A DNA stretch of 64,000 nucleotides from a virus (taxonomy: Duplodnaviria; Caudoviricetes), in the IMG/VR virus record IMGVR_UViG_3300037067_016086, positions 1 through 64,000 of that record. One strand, given 5' to 3'. The notes under the pieces are model-generated. The model saw only the letters and a list, made by a program, of their open reading frames with translations, had not been told where the DNA came from and ran no database searches. This document shows positions 50,197 through 60,058 of the stretch, one piece after another; positions within the stretch are counted from its first letter, which is position 1, and every line of letters begins with the position of its first letter. The position numbers and the translations under genes were made by a program.

Positions 50197-52203
50197 CTAC
50201 CTCCGAGGGTTCCCCATGGCACGGTCGAAAACCTCGGACGCGTACGCCTCGTCGCCGAGGACCGCGTTGACGAAGGCCACGATCATGAGCAGCGTCTTCC
50301 GGTCCTTGGCAACGTGCGGCGGCAGCTTCTCCGCCACGTAGTGCTCCTCGAAGAAGGCCCCAGGTGTGAGCGGGAGCGTACACCAGCAGCCCATGGCGAA
50401 CACGGAAACCATGAGGTCCCCCTCCGAGGACCCCAGGATGTCGGCCTCCAACGCTGTGATGGGTCGCGCGAACAGCAGCCAGCGGCGCCCGTCTCCGGGC
50501 TGCCACTCGACCGTGCCACCGCCGTCCAACCCGCTCGCCAGGCTGAGCTTGTCCTTTGTCCCCTTGTACTTTCCGATCGCCGGTATCCGCATCCTGTTCT
50601 CCTCCTGCCGCCGCATCTTGCGGTCGATCCACTGGGGAGCTTGCTCTCAATCGTTTTGTTTGTCAACAGCCAAAGAGGATGGAGTCGGCTGGATCTCGTG
50701 ATGAAGACCGCGCGCCAGGCGGCCGCGCTCTCGAACCACCTCGTTGGAGGGTTGGCTCCCGTCCGGCATCGGCGCCAGCGCCTGCGCGGTCACCACGATG
50801 TGGTCCCACTGGCGGCTCTCCAGGCGCGCCGTCTCCTCGCGCGCGCAGCCCGGGCAGTACCGCTGCCGGATCACTACCTTGTTGTTCTCCGCGCTGTACA
50901 CGTTCGTGTTGATGCTCAGCATCTCGTCACGCGGCACCCACTCCTTGCACCCTGAACAGAACCCGAACAGCGTGTGCTCACCCATTTTGACCCTCCTCCA
51001 CATCCTCCCGCTTGCACTCCGCGCACTCCCCCTTCTTCGAACCGAAGGGCAGGTAGTTCCCGCACGTGTCGCACGCCCAGTTGATCAGGCCGCCGTCGCG
51101 CGCCAACTTGAACTCCAGCTCATCGCAGCAGATGGTATCGTCCGGCTCGATGCACCGCGTCTGCACGGTCACCTCGACGTACCGCTGAAGCGTCTTCCAG
51201 ACCAGGCGCTTGAGGTCGACCGCCATCTGCTCCGGAGACCAGCCCGAACCGATGCTGCCGTCTCCGTGCCCCCGCACCTCCAAGATGCCCCGCTTCCCGG
51301 GCTGCGCGAACCCTTCTTCGTGCTTGAGGTCGAAGGGCCAGAACTCCTCCAGCGCCTCCTCGACGGCCCACGCCTCGTCGAGTGTAGCGACCTGCACGTC
51401 CACCCAGACCCGGTACTCCTTGCTCATCCCGCCTCCATCCCCGCATCCCACAGGGGATCTACACGTAGTATCCACAATGCGTTGTGTTTGTCAACAGCCT
51501 GCACACCTGGCCACCGTGGCGCCCACGAGGAATGCGATCAGGAAGATCGCGGACCAGCGGTACGCCAGCTCGCGGCCGCGCTCCTCCTCGGCCTCGTACG
51601 GCAACTGAAGTGGCTCACGATCACGCAGCATCCGACTCCTCCTTCTCCGCCTCCCGCACGCACGCCTCGCAGGCGCGCGCGGGCTCCGCGGCGTTGAACC
51701 GAGTATGCCGCACCTGCACGTCGGGGAAGATGCGAAGCTGTCCCAGGGGCAACACGGCGCCGCACACGAGGCAATCCGCCGCCCGCCGTCCAGTCGACCA
51801 GCGTCGCACGCGGAGCGCCAGCAGCTCTTGCCTTGCCTGGCAGCACGCCTTGTACTTCCGTCCGGAACGGCACGGGCAGGGATCGTTGCGGCCGATCTTA
51901 CTGGATGCGGTTGCCATTGATGATCGGCAGCAGGTCCTCGGGCTCCATCCCCCGGGCCTTCTGCTCCTCTTCCTGGGCGTCCAGAACGTCCTGCCGGTTG
52001 CGCTGCGCCTCCAGGATCTGGTGGCCCAGGTCGCAGTCCGCCTCACCGAAGTCGAGGAGCAGATCGGTGAGCGCCTTCACCTCGCCGCTCAGCACGGCGA
52101 TGGCCGTCTGCGTGTCGCTCCCCATCGACCCCTCCAGCTTGGCGTTGAGGGCCGCGGTGCGCTCCAGCAGCCGATCCCGTGTGATTTTCCGATAGTCGAT
52201 CAT
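50197..52203 (-). CDS. Hypothetical ORFs (approx. 50197-50610, 50647-50985, 50978-51426, 51898-52203) and SEC-C motif protein 51621-51917
   Basis: KIGRNDPCPCRSGRKYKACC is a SEC-C motif; the others have no recognisable function. Confidence 0.6.
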
Positions 52204-52279
52204 GCCACAATCCTCCCTCCGGACATCGCGACCGGCATCTGTGGGGATATTAACTCAGCGGTGTGCGTTTGTCAACAGG

Positions 52280-52561
52280 CTATCGCTCGATGCCGTAGAC
52301 GTCGTCGATGTTGACGACCACGGCGGGCTCCCCGTTGACCTGGACGTCGGACCCCGCGTACTTACCCACGAGGATGCGGTCGCCGATCTTGACCGGCTCC
52401 GTGCCGGGTCCGATGCCGATCACGTTGCCCCACGTCGGGCTCACGGAAGCCGAGGTGGGCTTGATGATCCCGCCCGGCGTCCTCTGCTCCACGGGCTTGT
52501 CGCGCTGCATCAGGATGAACTTGCCCAGCATCTGCACGTTTTTCTTCGACTCGTCAGCCAT
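52280..52561 (-). CDS. groES: Co-chaperonin GroES
   Basis: RTPGGIIKP...GNVIGIGPG...VKIGDRILVGKYAGSDVQVNGE...DDVYGI. Confidence 0.9.
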   Translation of the reverse strand: MADESKKNVQMLGKFILMQRDKPVEQRTPGGIIKPTSASVSPTWGNVIGIGPGTEPVKIGDRILVGKYAGSDVQVNGEPAVVVNIDDVYGIER

Positions 52562-52982
52562 CAGCGTCCCTCCTTGTAGGCCAGGCACTTGCGGCCCAGC
52601 TCGATTACCTGTCGGATCTCCTCATCGGTCAGCTTGCTCGCCATCAGCTTGCAGCCCTTGCGCTTGCGCGCGTCGGCCATGAACAGGACCTCGTCGACCG
52701 TCAGCGCCGCGGCGCCGACCTCCTCCGCCAGCCCGAACGCCTCCAGGGTGGAGTTGACCGTGTGCGCCATGGCCGCTACTCCTCGAACGCCCAGCTCTCC
52801 AGGTTGGCGCCCGCTTCCTGGTCCACCGTCACCGGCCCCGTCACGGTCCCGTGGTACTTGTCCGCGATCTGCTGCGCCCTCGTGGCGTCCGAGTAGGCGC
52901 CCCAGGTCCGCACGTGGAACCCGATGGCCTGCCCCGTGGATAGCTCTTCTCGTGCCTGCGTCGTCACGATCCAGATCTGCAT
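52561..52982 (-). CDS. Two small hypothetical ORFs (52561-52770, approx. 52776-52982)
   Basis: RBS and tight coupling to neighbours. Confidence 0.5.
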
Positions 52983-52995
52983 GTGGACCTCCTTG

Positions 52996-53068
52996 TAGCG
53001 GGGGCGTGATTCGAACACGCGACCTTCAGGTTATGAGCCTGACAAGCTACCATCTGCTCTACCCCGCC
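52996..53068 (-). tRNA. tRNA-Met(CAT), initiator-like scaffold
   Basis: GGCGGGG acceptor pairing with CCCCGCT-A; D-arm GAGC/GCTT (A11:U24); anticodon arm TCAGG-CTCATAA-CCTGA; TTCGAAT T-loop; no encoded CCA. Confidence 0.92.
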
Positions 53069-53074
53069 TTGTTT

Positions 53075-53148
53075 TCGGAACGGTTGGATTTGAACCAACG
53101 GCCCCAGCGCCCCAAACGCCGTGCTCTACCAGACTGAGCCACGTCCCG
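53075..53148 (-). tRNA. tRNA-Pro(TGG)
   Basis: CGGGACG acceptor; GCTCAGTCTGGTAGAGC D-arm; CGGCG-TTTGGGG-CGCTG anticodon arm; GGTTCAAATCC T-arm. Confidence 0.93.
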
Positions 53149-53174
53149 ATTCGCAAAAGCGAACACGAGTTCGC

Positions 53175-53202
53175 ATACTACCCGTTTCGGATCGTTTGTC
53201 AA
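53175..53202 (-). promoter_or_regulatory. Promoter for the tRNA pair
   Basis: TTGACA-16-TAGTAT; the -35 box overlaps the KTSC stop codon; a 16-mer palindrome lies just downstream of the -10. Confidence 0.7.
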
Positions 53203-53576
53203 CTTGCCCGTCGCTTTTTCCCGCGCAGCAGGTTCAGGGCGCGCAGCCGCCGGTACTTGGCCGACATCACGCGGAGCACGGCCTCTGGGCGCCACGCGTG
53301 CCCCGTCCACTTGGCGTAGCCGTAGTGCCCCTTCATCTTGTCGTTGAGGTAGCGCCCGGCGCTGGGGGCCTTCTGAAAGCGCGTCCAGACCATGCGCGGC
53401 ACCTTGACGTAGCGGTACAGCGCTCCCGGCTTCGGGCGGCGCCCTCCGTCACCCGCGCGGAAGCGAACGAACAGCATGCGCGCCTGGTCGTCGTAGCCGA
53501 TCTCGTAGATCGTGCTGCTCTCGACCTTCGTCATCGCGGGCATGCCCTCGGGATCATCTGGGAAGCGCTGTGGCAT
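53199..53576 (-). CDS. KTSC-domain protein
   Basis: VESSTIYEIGYD...LFVRF...YRYVKVP...FQKAPSAGRYLN. Confidence 0.88.
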   Translation of the reverse strand: MPQRFPDDPEGMPAMTKVESSTIYEIGYDDQARMLFVRFRAGDGGRRPKPGALYRYVKVPRMVWTRFQKAPSAGRYLNDKMKGHYGYAKWTGHAWRPEAVLRVMSAKYRRLRALNLLRGKKRRAS

Positions 53577-53650
53577 GGTTCCATCCTACTACGGGGCGAG
53601 CCCCGATCTCAATCTCCGAAGTGGGCAAAAGCGACATGAGAATTGACGGG

Positions 53651-54586
53651 TCAGGAAACATTAACCAGCTCCTCGATTATTCGCTCAACCTTGTGGATGT
53701 CTCGGTAGGCTATTCGCGTCAGAGTAAACCCGTTTGTCAATGCGAAGTGATCCTTGATCTTGTCGTTCTCAACGGTTGCCCGGTAGGCTGCGACACCACC
53801 CCATGAGGCAACGGGCGTTACGTGCTGCTCTCCATCAAACTCTACTAAGTGATGAATGCTCCCGACTGAAAATGCAAAATCAAACGGCAGCATGTTGCCT
53901 TTCTTTGAGCGACATTTTGTGATCCTAAACTGTCGCTGGTATGGAAGTCCCAATCGCTCCAGTGTTCGGCAAATACGCTCCTCTCCTTTTGATAGCGCAC
54001 ACCGAAGGCATCCTCCGTTCTGGAGATGCGCACGGGCGACCTGAGTGAACGCCCCGTGCTTTTTGCAAATTATCACAACTGGATCAAGTCCTCCCGTGTA
54101 CTTAACCAGCGAGTAGTCGAACCTGCTTCCCCACAGCCTACTGGCTTTAGCGACCCACGCGGATTGCGACATTGTATTTGCTTTGGAAAGAACTGCCGCC
54201 ATGCACCTGGGGCACCCTCTTCCTGCTATGTGATGGTACGCCTTTTGCCTGAATGCTCCATGATCTGGGCATGTGATGGTCACGAGCCCGGACATTTTTA
54301 CGTAGTCTGAATACGTGTACTTCCCGTGGTGTGCAATAGACGCCCTCCGCGTGAACTCACGCTCGGGTGTTGACTTCGCCTTGGAGAAGGAACACGCGGA
54401 GCACGCCTTGCATCCTCCGCGTTTTTGTAGGTGAACCCGAGCCTCAACCGTAAATGGCCCGTGTATCCTACACCGGACGGTTACGGGACTAGATGCTCCA
54501 GCATATTCCGTGCTGTCGTAGTCGAACCTATCGCCGTGCTTGAGTTTGGCCCGTGCGACCCAATCAGCCGTGGTTAGTTTTGCCAT
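53651..54586 (-). CDS. Homing-type endonuclease: three Zn-ribbon (DUF723-like) repeats plus PD-(D/E)XK/Vsr-like domain
   Basis: Repeated K/RHG..Y.Y....Y......V.I.C..HG.F units; PFDFAF...LVEFDGEQH; lower GC. Confidence 0.8.
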   Translation of the reverse strand: MAKLTTADWVARAKLKHGDRFDYDSTEYAGASSPVTVRCRIHGPFTVEARVHLQKRGGCKACSACSFSKAKSTPEREFTRRASIAHHGKYTYSDYVKMSGLVTITCPDHGAFRQKAYHHIAGRGCPRCMAAVLSKANTMSQSAWVAKASRLWGSRFDYSLVKYTGGLDPVVIICKKHGAFTQVARAHLQNGGCLRCALSKGEERICRTLERLGLPYQRQFRITKCRSKKGNMLPFDFAFSVGSIHHLVEFDGEQHVTPVASWGGVAAYRATVENDKIKDHFALTNGFTLTRIAYRDIHKVERIIEELVNVS

Positions 54587-54617
54587 ACCACTACACTGCC
54601 ACATATCCACCGCAATG

Positions 54618-55223
54618 TCAAACTGGGAGCGGCTTCGGGATGTTGGGGTGCGTGAGGATCTTCGGGTCCGCCACGAACGCAGGAGCTGGCACCGGCGCCG
54701 GAGGAGGAACCGGACGGGGCTCCGGTCGGACGGCCTCGGGCTTCGAGTCGTTCTGGATGAACTTTCCGATCATCTACGGCAACCTCTCCAGGTTCCACTT
54801 CTCCACGCCAGCCTCCTCGGCGCTCGCGTACTGCATGGACCACTGGTTGCCGAAGCGCCGGAACATCTCCTGCCGAGCCGAGTCGCACGTCCCGGAGATC
54901 ACGGCGTAGTGGCCAGCGTGCGCCTGCCCGCAGCCGAACGTGAAGTACCAGTCCTGATTCTCCGTCTTCTCGACGAATTCCACGAACTGCTCCTTCGACA
55001 CCTGGATCTTGCTGCCGTCCGTGGCCGGGATCAGATGCAGCATCGGCTTGTCGTCAACACCGTGATGCTTCAGCATGCACGTCTCGCAGCGCAGCGGACC
55101 TCCGTCCTTGCCGTAGAAGTCGAACTGCGGAGTGCAGACCCGCGTGATGCCGCAGTCGCAGCACTTGCAGACCTTGTGCGCCCTGTTCGGACCGTCGTGC
55201 GTGATCGTTTCCTCTTCGTTCAT
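54618..55223 (-). CDS. Two hypothetical ORFs: 54774-55223 and a 51-aa Pro-rich ORF 54618-54773
   Basis: The short ORF (MIGKFIQND...KILTHPNIPKPLPV*) was translated by hand; it starts at a TAGATG junction. Confidence 0.45.
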
Positions 55224-55732
55224 CTCTCCGACTCCTGTCCCTGCGCCAGGTCCTCTTCCCCGCGCAGAATGGTCAGCGCGTCCTGGTAGCGCCGCGCGAT
55301 CGTCTGCTCCTCGGGCGGCAGCTCGTGGAGCCGTCCCAGGTTGTCGAATATGTCCTGGACCTTCACGGCGAATGCGATCGTGTTCCCGCTGTCCTTGATG
55401 CGCCGGATGAACTCCTTGTAGGTCGGCCGGTTCGGCGCCCCCTGCGACGGCCGCGAGAGCAGCTGCACCGCCTCGACCACGGACGCGGAGAACCCCTCGC
55501 GCAGCAGCTCGTCCGCCGTCCAGGGCGTGTCCTCGATCACGTCATGGAGCACCGCGGCCGCCATGGTCTCGTCGCCGTGAACCGACACGCCGACCATGAC
55601 CCGAAGGGGATGCAGGACGTACGCCCGACCGATCTTGTCGACCTGTCCCGCGTGCGCCATCACCGCGAACTGGATCGCGTGCTCCAGCGATCCGCGCTCC
55701 GCCTTCAGCCACATCATCCTCTCCGGTTCCAT
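55220..55732 (-). CDS. HD-domain protein, RelA/SpoT-hydrolase (small alarmone hydrolase/Mesh1)-like
   Basis: AIQFAVMAHAGQVDKIGRAYVLHPLRV...AAVLHDVIEDT...VKVQDIFDN. Confidence 0.85.
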   Translation of the reverse strand: MEPERMMWLKAERGSLEHAIQFAVMAHAGQVDKIGRAYVLHPLRVMVGVSVHGDETMAAAVLHDVIEDTPWTADELLREGFSASVVEAVQLLSRPSQGAPNRPTYKEFIRRIKDSGNTIAFAVKVQDIFDNLGRLHELPPEEQTIARRYQDALTILRGEEDLAQGQESER

Positions 55733-55836
55733 CGTTGCTTCCCTCCGTTGGCAGGCCAGCATCGCGCTGGAAATCCATCTCACCCGAACACTTTACCGCG
55801 ATCCCGTGCGTTTGTCAACGCGAACACGTGTTCGCC

Positions 55837-56584
55837 CTACGCTGCGTCCCATCTCTCCCAGCATGCGCGGCACAGCTGGTTCCGCTCACCGCCGACCATG
55901 TGCAGGATATGCGCCACCAGCCGTGATTTTCCCGGAGGAGTGAGGCTGGTCACAACGCGCGCGCTGAGCACGCACTCCACCTGCTCCCCACAGCTCGGGC
56001 ACTTCCAACCGATCGCGACCCCGCCGTTCGGGAGGCTGCTGGTCTCGTGCTCGACGGGGCCACGCGGCTTCGTCCACCCGAACGGCCACTTCTCCGGGAT
56101 CGCCTTGTCGTTCTTGGGCCTCGCGCGCAGCACGCGCAGTCGATCCCCACAGATCTGCGCCCGCGGCTGATCTGCTGGCCGCTTCGGAACGGGATTCGGC
56201 CGCGTCATCTCCCGGATACGCAACCGTGCGCTCTCCCGCTCGTGCTCCGGCGTGGCCGGGTGATCAGCGAGTGCCCGGAGCTTCTGGAGTAGGTCCTTGC
56301 GCTCCATCGGCCGCCTCCAACTGGCGATCCACCTCGCGGCGGGCGCCGCGCAGGCTGTTCAACTCTGCCCGCAACGTGTTCAGCTCGGCATCGCGCGCCG
56401 CCTTCACCTCGGAAAGAGAGCGCTCCATGTACGCCATCGCCAGGCAGACGCGCTCCAGGACTTCGTCCCGCGCGATCTCCCCCGCCGTCGGTCCGTACGG
56501 ATCTGGTGTCTTCGCCAGCTCCCTCTCGCGCTCCGCAACCATGGCGCGAACCTCGTCCATCGTGTACACCCGCGCGTCCAACAT
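55837..56584 (-). CDS. Two hypothetical ORFs (55837-56307, 56264-56584)
   Basis: Contiguous ORFs. The first begins KDLLQKLRALADHPATPEHERESAR (DUF2786-like). Confidence 0.5.
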
Positions 56585-56599
56585 CTACATCCTCCTGTT

Positions 56600-57328
56600 C
56601 TACTCCGCCAAGAGCGGGATCTTCAGGATCTCCGTCCTCTCGTACTTCAGCGCGTCCGCGGCCCAGAACTCCGTCTGCGCCTCCGATTCCGGCAGCCCGC
56701 TCGGGAACCACGTGTGCCGGTACTTGTGCTCGTGCCCCATCAACACGATGTCGGCGCGGCCCAGGACCACGTCGAAGAACTGCTTCGCGTCGTTGAGGCG
56801 GCAGAACCAGTCCGTGTAGAACGGGTTGTGGTGGAGGGCCACCACGCTGATCGCCCGCGCCTTCTTCATCGCGTCCAGCTTGCGCTTCAGCTTCCAGAGG
56901 TTCCAGCGTCCGATCTGCCCCTGCGCGAAGTCCACGATGCTGCCCGTCCGCATGCAGGAGTCCAGCACGATGATCTCGCCGACCGCGATGCCGTCTATCC
57001 TGAACATCCACGGCGTGTCCGCACAGAGCGCATGCCGCAGCTTCGCGAACCGCCGCTGGCACTCCCGGTCGTAGAAGTTCCCGAGCAGCCCAAAGGAATG
57101 ATTACCGGGAACGACAACGATCCGTCCTTTGAAGGGGGAAAGAAGGCGCAACGCATGCGCGTACTGGTTCTCCTTCCCATCATCGACGATGTCCCCGGTA
57201 ACAACCAGGACATCACCGTCGCCCATCATCTCTTGAACCTGACGCAGCTTCCCCTCCACCACGCGGTTGTGCTTCATGTCCCCGCGCAGGTGCAGATCCG
57301 AAATGTGCAGAATCCTCATGGCATCCAC
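56600..57328 (-). CDS. Calcineurin-like metallophosphoesterase
   Basis: HISDLH, TGDIVDDG, PGNHS, LHHNP, MGHEH. Confidence 0.9.
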   Translation of the reverse strand: MDAMRILHISDLHLRGDMKHNRVVEGKLRQVQEMMGDGDVLVVTGDIVDDGKENQYAHALRLLSPFKGRIVVVPGNHSFGLLGNFYDRECQRRFAKLRHALCADTPWMFRIDGIAVGEIIVLDSCMRTGSIVDFAQGQIGRWNLWKLKRKLDAMKKARAISVVALHHNPFYTDWFCRLNDAKQFFDVVLGRADIVLMGHEHKYRHTWFPSGLPESEAQTEFWAADALKYERTEILKIPLLAE

Positions 57329-57825
57329 CTCTTTCCCGTGACGACTCGGCTAATCTGTGCCCTTGAAATTCTGAACTCCTCCGCAAGATCCTTCTGCAAC
57401 TCGCCACGTCCAACGCGCAGACGAATCTCCTCCACCATGGTTTCCGTCAGCTTCACCGATGCCGGGTTAGAACGGATTCTGTTCTCGCGAGCCGTCCTTC
57501 CAATGGGCATCCGCCCACGATCCCGGCAATCACGCGCGTTCTGCTTTGCATCCCCAGCGTACAGGTGGTCTGGGTTCACGCACCAGGGCCGGTCGCACCG
57601 ATGCAAAACCATCGGCGCGCCAATGGCAGGCTCCGTGGGCCACGGCAAAGACTCCACCCCGCCCCACAGCAGCAGACTTGCCACGTGCGCACGGTAATTG
57701 TGTCCGTGCTCGCGAAATATTCCATATCCATCACTGCCCAGAGCACCGGTCCATTCCCAGCAATCATCAATCTGGCGCACCTGAACCTGGCGCATGAACC
57801 GAGTCCGCATGCCAGACTTCCGCAT
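57316..57825 (-). CDS. HNH homing endonuclease
   Basis: CWEWTG...GYG.F...VLHRCDRPWCVNPDHLYAGDAKQNARD; C-terminal HTH. Confidence 0.9.
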   Translation of the reverse strand: MRKSGMRTRFMRQVQVRQIDDCWEWTGALGSDGYGIFREHGHNYRAHVASLLLWGGVESLPWPTEPAIGAPMVLHRCDRPWCVNPDHLYAGDAKQNARDCRDRGRMPIGRTARENRIRSNPASVKLTETMVEEIRLRVGRGELQKDLAEEFRISRAQISRVVTGKRWMP

Positions 57826-58168
57826 GGCTACCTCCCCACCCACTGGTCACGCGGGACCTCCGCGCCACCCTTGTCCACAGCCACACGGTTTTCCGCGCTG
57901 CTGCTCACCCGATGCCCGTTCTCGCACTGGCGCCCGTGCCCCTTGCGCAGATCCTCCAGATTGTGCGGCCCCGGACACCGGCAGGAACCAACGAACTTCC
58001 CGCCGCACACGGGGCACGGCTCACCGTACGGCCACTCCTTCTTCGCCCCCTCCAACTCCTCGAACAACTTCCGCATGGTATCCTCCTACAGAACCAGCTC
58101 CTGCTGGCCCATCTCGCGCAGGACTTCCCGGATGTCCCGTCCATCGATCCCGTCTCCAACGGTCACCC

Positions 58169-58804
58169 CTACCAGACGGTCCGCATCCAATCCACGACAC
58201 GCTGCAATTCGTCAGGATTCGAATCTCTTTTCAAATTGTTACAACGCCAACAGACAAGGGCGATGTTTCCCACTACATATCCTTTTTCCAAATGTATCCT
58301 ATCCAAGCTCGGAGAATCATTTCGCTTCCTGCCGTCATGTTTATATGCAACATCAAATTCACGACCACAACACGCGCAATTCCTCTGTGACATCAGCCAG
58401 TCTGTCAAATATGCAATCGTGAACACGTCTGCATCGAACTGAATTCCGTGCTCCGAACTCCGGATTTGCATGCCACCCCTCATCACAGTGGCGCGAGCAT
58501 GGAAAGGATCTCTATCCTGCTTGATGCGTGCTTGTTCTCGTCTCTTGGGAAGTTCCAATTCTCGACGCTCTGCCCACAAGGCCCTACGTCTTTCCTTGTA
58601 TGGTTCCCCCTTCTTCGCCTTCCACTCCCGATGATATTTTCGCCTGCAAACGCGACAAACCCCACTTATTCCATTTCTACAGTCGGGGCTAGGAGTAAAA
58701 AAATCCAACGTCTCCGGTTTCGCTTCCCCGCACTTGCTACACCTTCGCATTCCCTGTTCGCCCGGCATGCCTAACATCATGGTCCTGTAAATCCGATCGG
58801 TCAA
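58169..58804 (-). CDS. HNH/EndoVII-like endonuclease
   Basis: CSKC..K...F...CRVC; CACCG...SPSLDRI...GYVVGNIALVCWRCNNLK; low GC. Confidence 0.82.
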   Translation of the reverse strand: MTDRIYRTMMLGMPGEQGMRRCSKCGEAKPETLDFFTPSPDCRNGISGVCRVCRRKYHREWKAKKGEPYKERRRALWAERRELELPKRREQARIKQDRDPFHARATVMRGGMQIRSSEHGIQFDADVFTIAYLTDWLMSQRNCACCGREFDVAYKHDGRKRNDSPSLDRIHLEKGYVVGNIALVCWRCNNLKRDSNPDELQRVVDWMRTVW

Positions 58805-59391
58805 CTAGACATGCAGGGATTTCTGATCGGTCAAATTCTCAATATCCACACGAATATCATTCCCGGTAACGCCCAATCCTATGGTCGTCCATCCCGGACG
58901 CGTGGCGCGCGCGAACAGCTCCAGGCGCCGCGTGCCAGCCATCAGATCCTCGATCTCGCGGTACACCTCGTCCGGCTTCTGCGAGTGCTCGCGCACTTTG
59001 GCCTGCACGATCTGGTGCACACCCGCGCTCGCTCGCTTCGGGCTGCCGCGCACTCCCAGCAGGACCAGCTCCGCGTTGGCCCGCGTGTAGCTGCCCATGC
59101 CCCAGTGCAGCTTGCCGTTGGTCGTGCGCTTTTCCCAAACGAACGCGACCGTTTTGTACTTGAACCCGTACGCCGCCATGACGCGCAGCGCCACGTCGAT
59201 CTGCGGACACGTGGCCCACAGGAAGAGCGCGCAGTCCGGAGCGGCCAGCTTGCCCACCGGCAATGCCGCGATGTCGTCCGCGGTCATGGTCTTGTAGTGG
59301 AACCCTGCTCCGCGCTCTCCAGCCTGCTGCTTGTCCGAATAGGCCATCAGGACCACGGTGGGTCGGCGCAAATCACGTCGTATCTACCCAC
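58805..59391 (-). pseudogene. MT-A70-family adenine methyltransferase, split or frameshifted right after DPPW
   Basis: GTG at 59391 gives VGRYDVICADPPWS-stop (TGA at 59347-59349). An overlapping ATG at 59347 continues MAYSDK...LFLWAT...GMGSYTRANAE...HSQKPD...LELFAR. Confidence 0.75.
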
Positions 59392-60058
59392 CGTGGTACC
59401 ATCCTCGCTTTGTCGCATATCCCTGAACCAACCTTTCGAAATCCTCTTCACCCAGGGAACTTTTCGCCCAGTTGTACCAATTGCAAACCACATGAACATT
59501 CGAACGGACGTATCCGCGCGTAGAGTCGATCCGATCAAGGCTTGCAGTAAAAGGCTCCCGATACGGTTGCCCCGTATGAAGCCGACGAAGCGCAATGCCC
59601 GTCGAGTCACAACAAAAATCATTCTTTTCCATGAGGGAAAAAACAAACACTTTGTCGATGTCGAATTCCATTCCAGACTTCCTAGCACGATACCGAGATC
59701 TACGAACCATATCGGCTGCGATGCCACGCCAAGAATTCCGGTAAACATCAACACCACTCTGTTCGCATGGACGACAAACACTCCCCAGATAATTCTCGGA
59801 TTTGTTTTCGATGAGCTTGTGCCGCATTCGAAATTGGGATCGATCCTTGATCGCCCCACACACTAAGCACTTTTTCAGTCTATCAACTCCGAGTTTCTCC
59901 CGCATGGCACGCAGCCCACCCATGGACTGCTGCATCACGCCCAGCATCCCTATCAGGTTCCTCTTTCGGAAGATGCTCACCGGCGGAATCAGCCCAAACT
60001 CATCGATAAGTTTGCGCAATTCCAATTCCACCGACTCCGATGTCCACTTCTTTTTCAT
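59384..60058 (-). CDS. HNH/EndoVII-like endonuclease
   Basis: CLVC...CRPC; ASLDRIDSTRGYVRSNVHVVCNWYNWAK; low GC; paralogous to 58169-58804. Confidence 0.82.
   Translation of the reverse strand: MKKKWTSESVELELRKLIDEFGLIPPVSIFRKRNLIGMLGVMQQSMGGLRAMREKLGVDRLKKCLVCGAIKDRSQFRMRHKLIENKSENYLGSVCRPCEQSGVDVYRNSWRGIAADMVRRSRYRARKSGMEFDIDKVFVFSLMEKNDFCCDSTGIALRRLHTGQPYREPFTASLDRIDSTRGYVRSNVHVVCNWYNWAKSSLGEEDFERLVQGYATKRGWYHGG

Larger units (their letters stand above)
4985..55820 (-). promoter_or_regulatory. Family of sigma70-like promoters, mostly TTGACAAAC-N-TA(A/G)NNT
   Basis: -35 boxes near 4995, 13170, 16600, 17530, 26190, 31280, 34890, 38170, 44495, 45775, 51490, 52270, 53200 and 55815, each with a -10-like hexamer 16-18 nt downstream. 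Confidence 0.7.
3767..55835. repeat. Dispersed 16-bp palindrome GCGAAC-N4-GTTCGC, 14 copies
   Basis: Perfect GCGAACACGTGTTCGC starting at 3767, 5993, 10389, 16301, 22012, 25385, 38185, 44521, 55820. Loop variants at 8994, 14095, 20981, 32949, 53159. Confidence 0.9.

Noticed and set aside
53577-54773. Possible group I intron around the 53651-54586 endonuclease (upstream ORF ends ...THPNIPKPLPV; downstream GGGCTCGCCCCG could read GLAP)
   Set aside because: The putative second exon hits TAG immediately, I could not identify P7 or other core intron elements, and the downstream sequence is explained as a simple hairpin.
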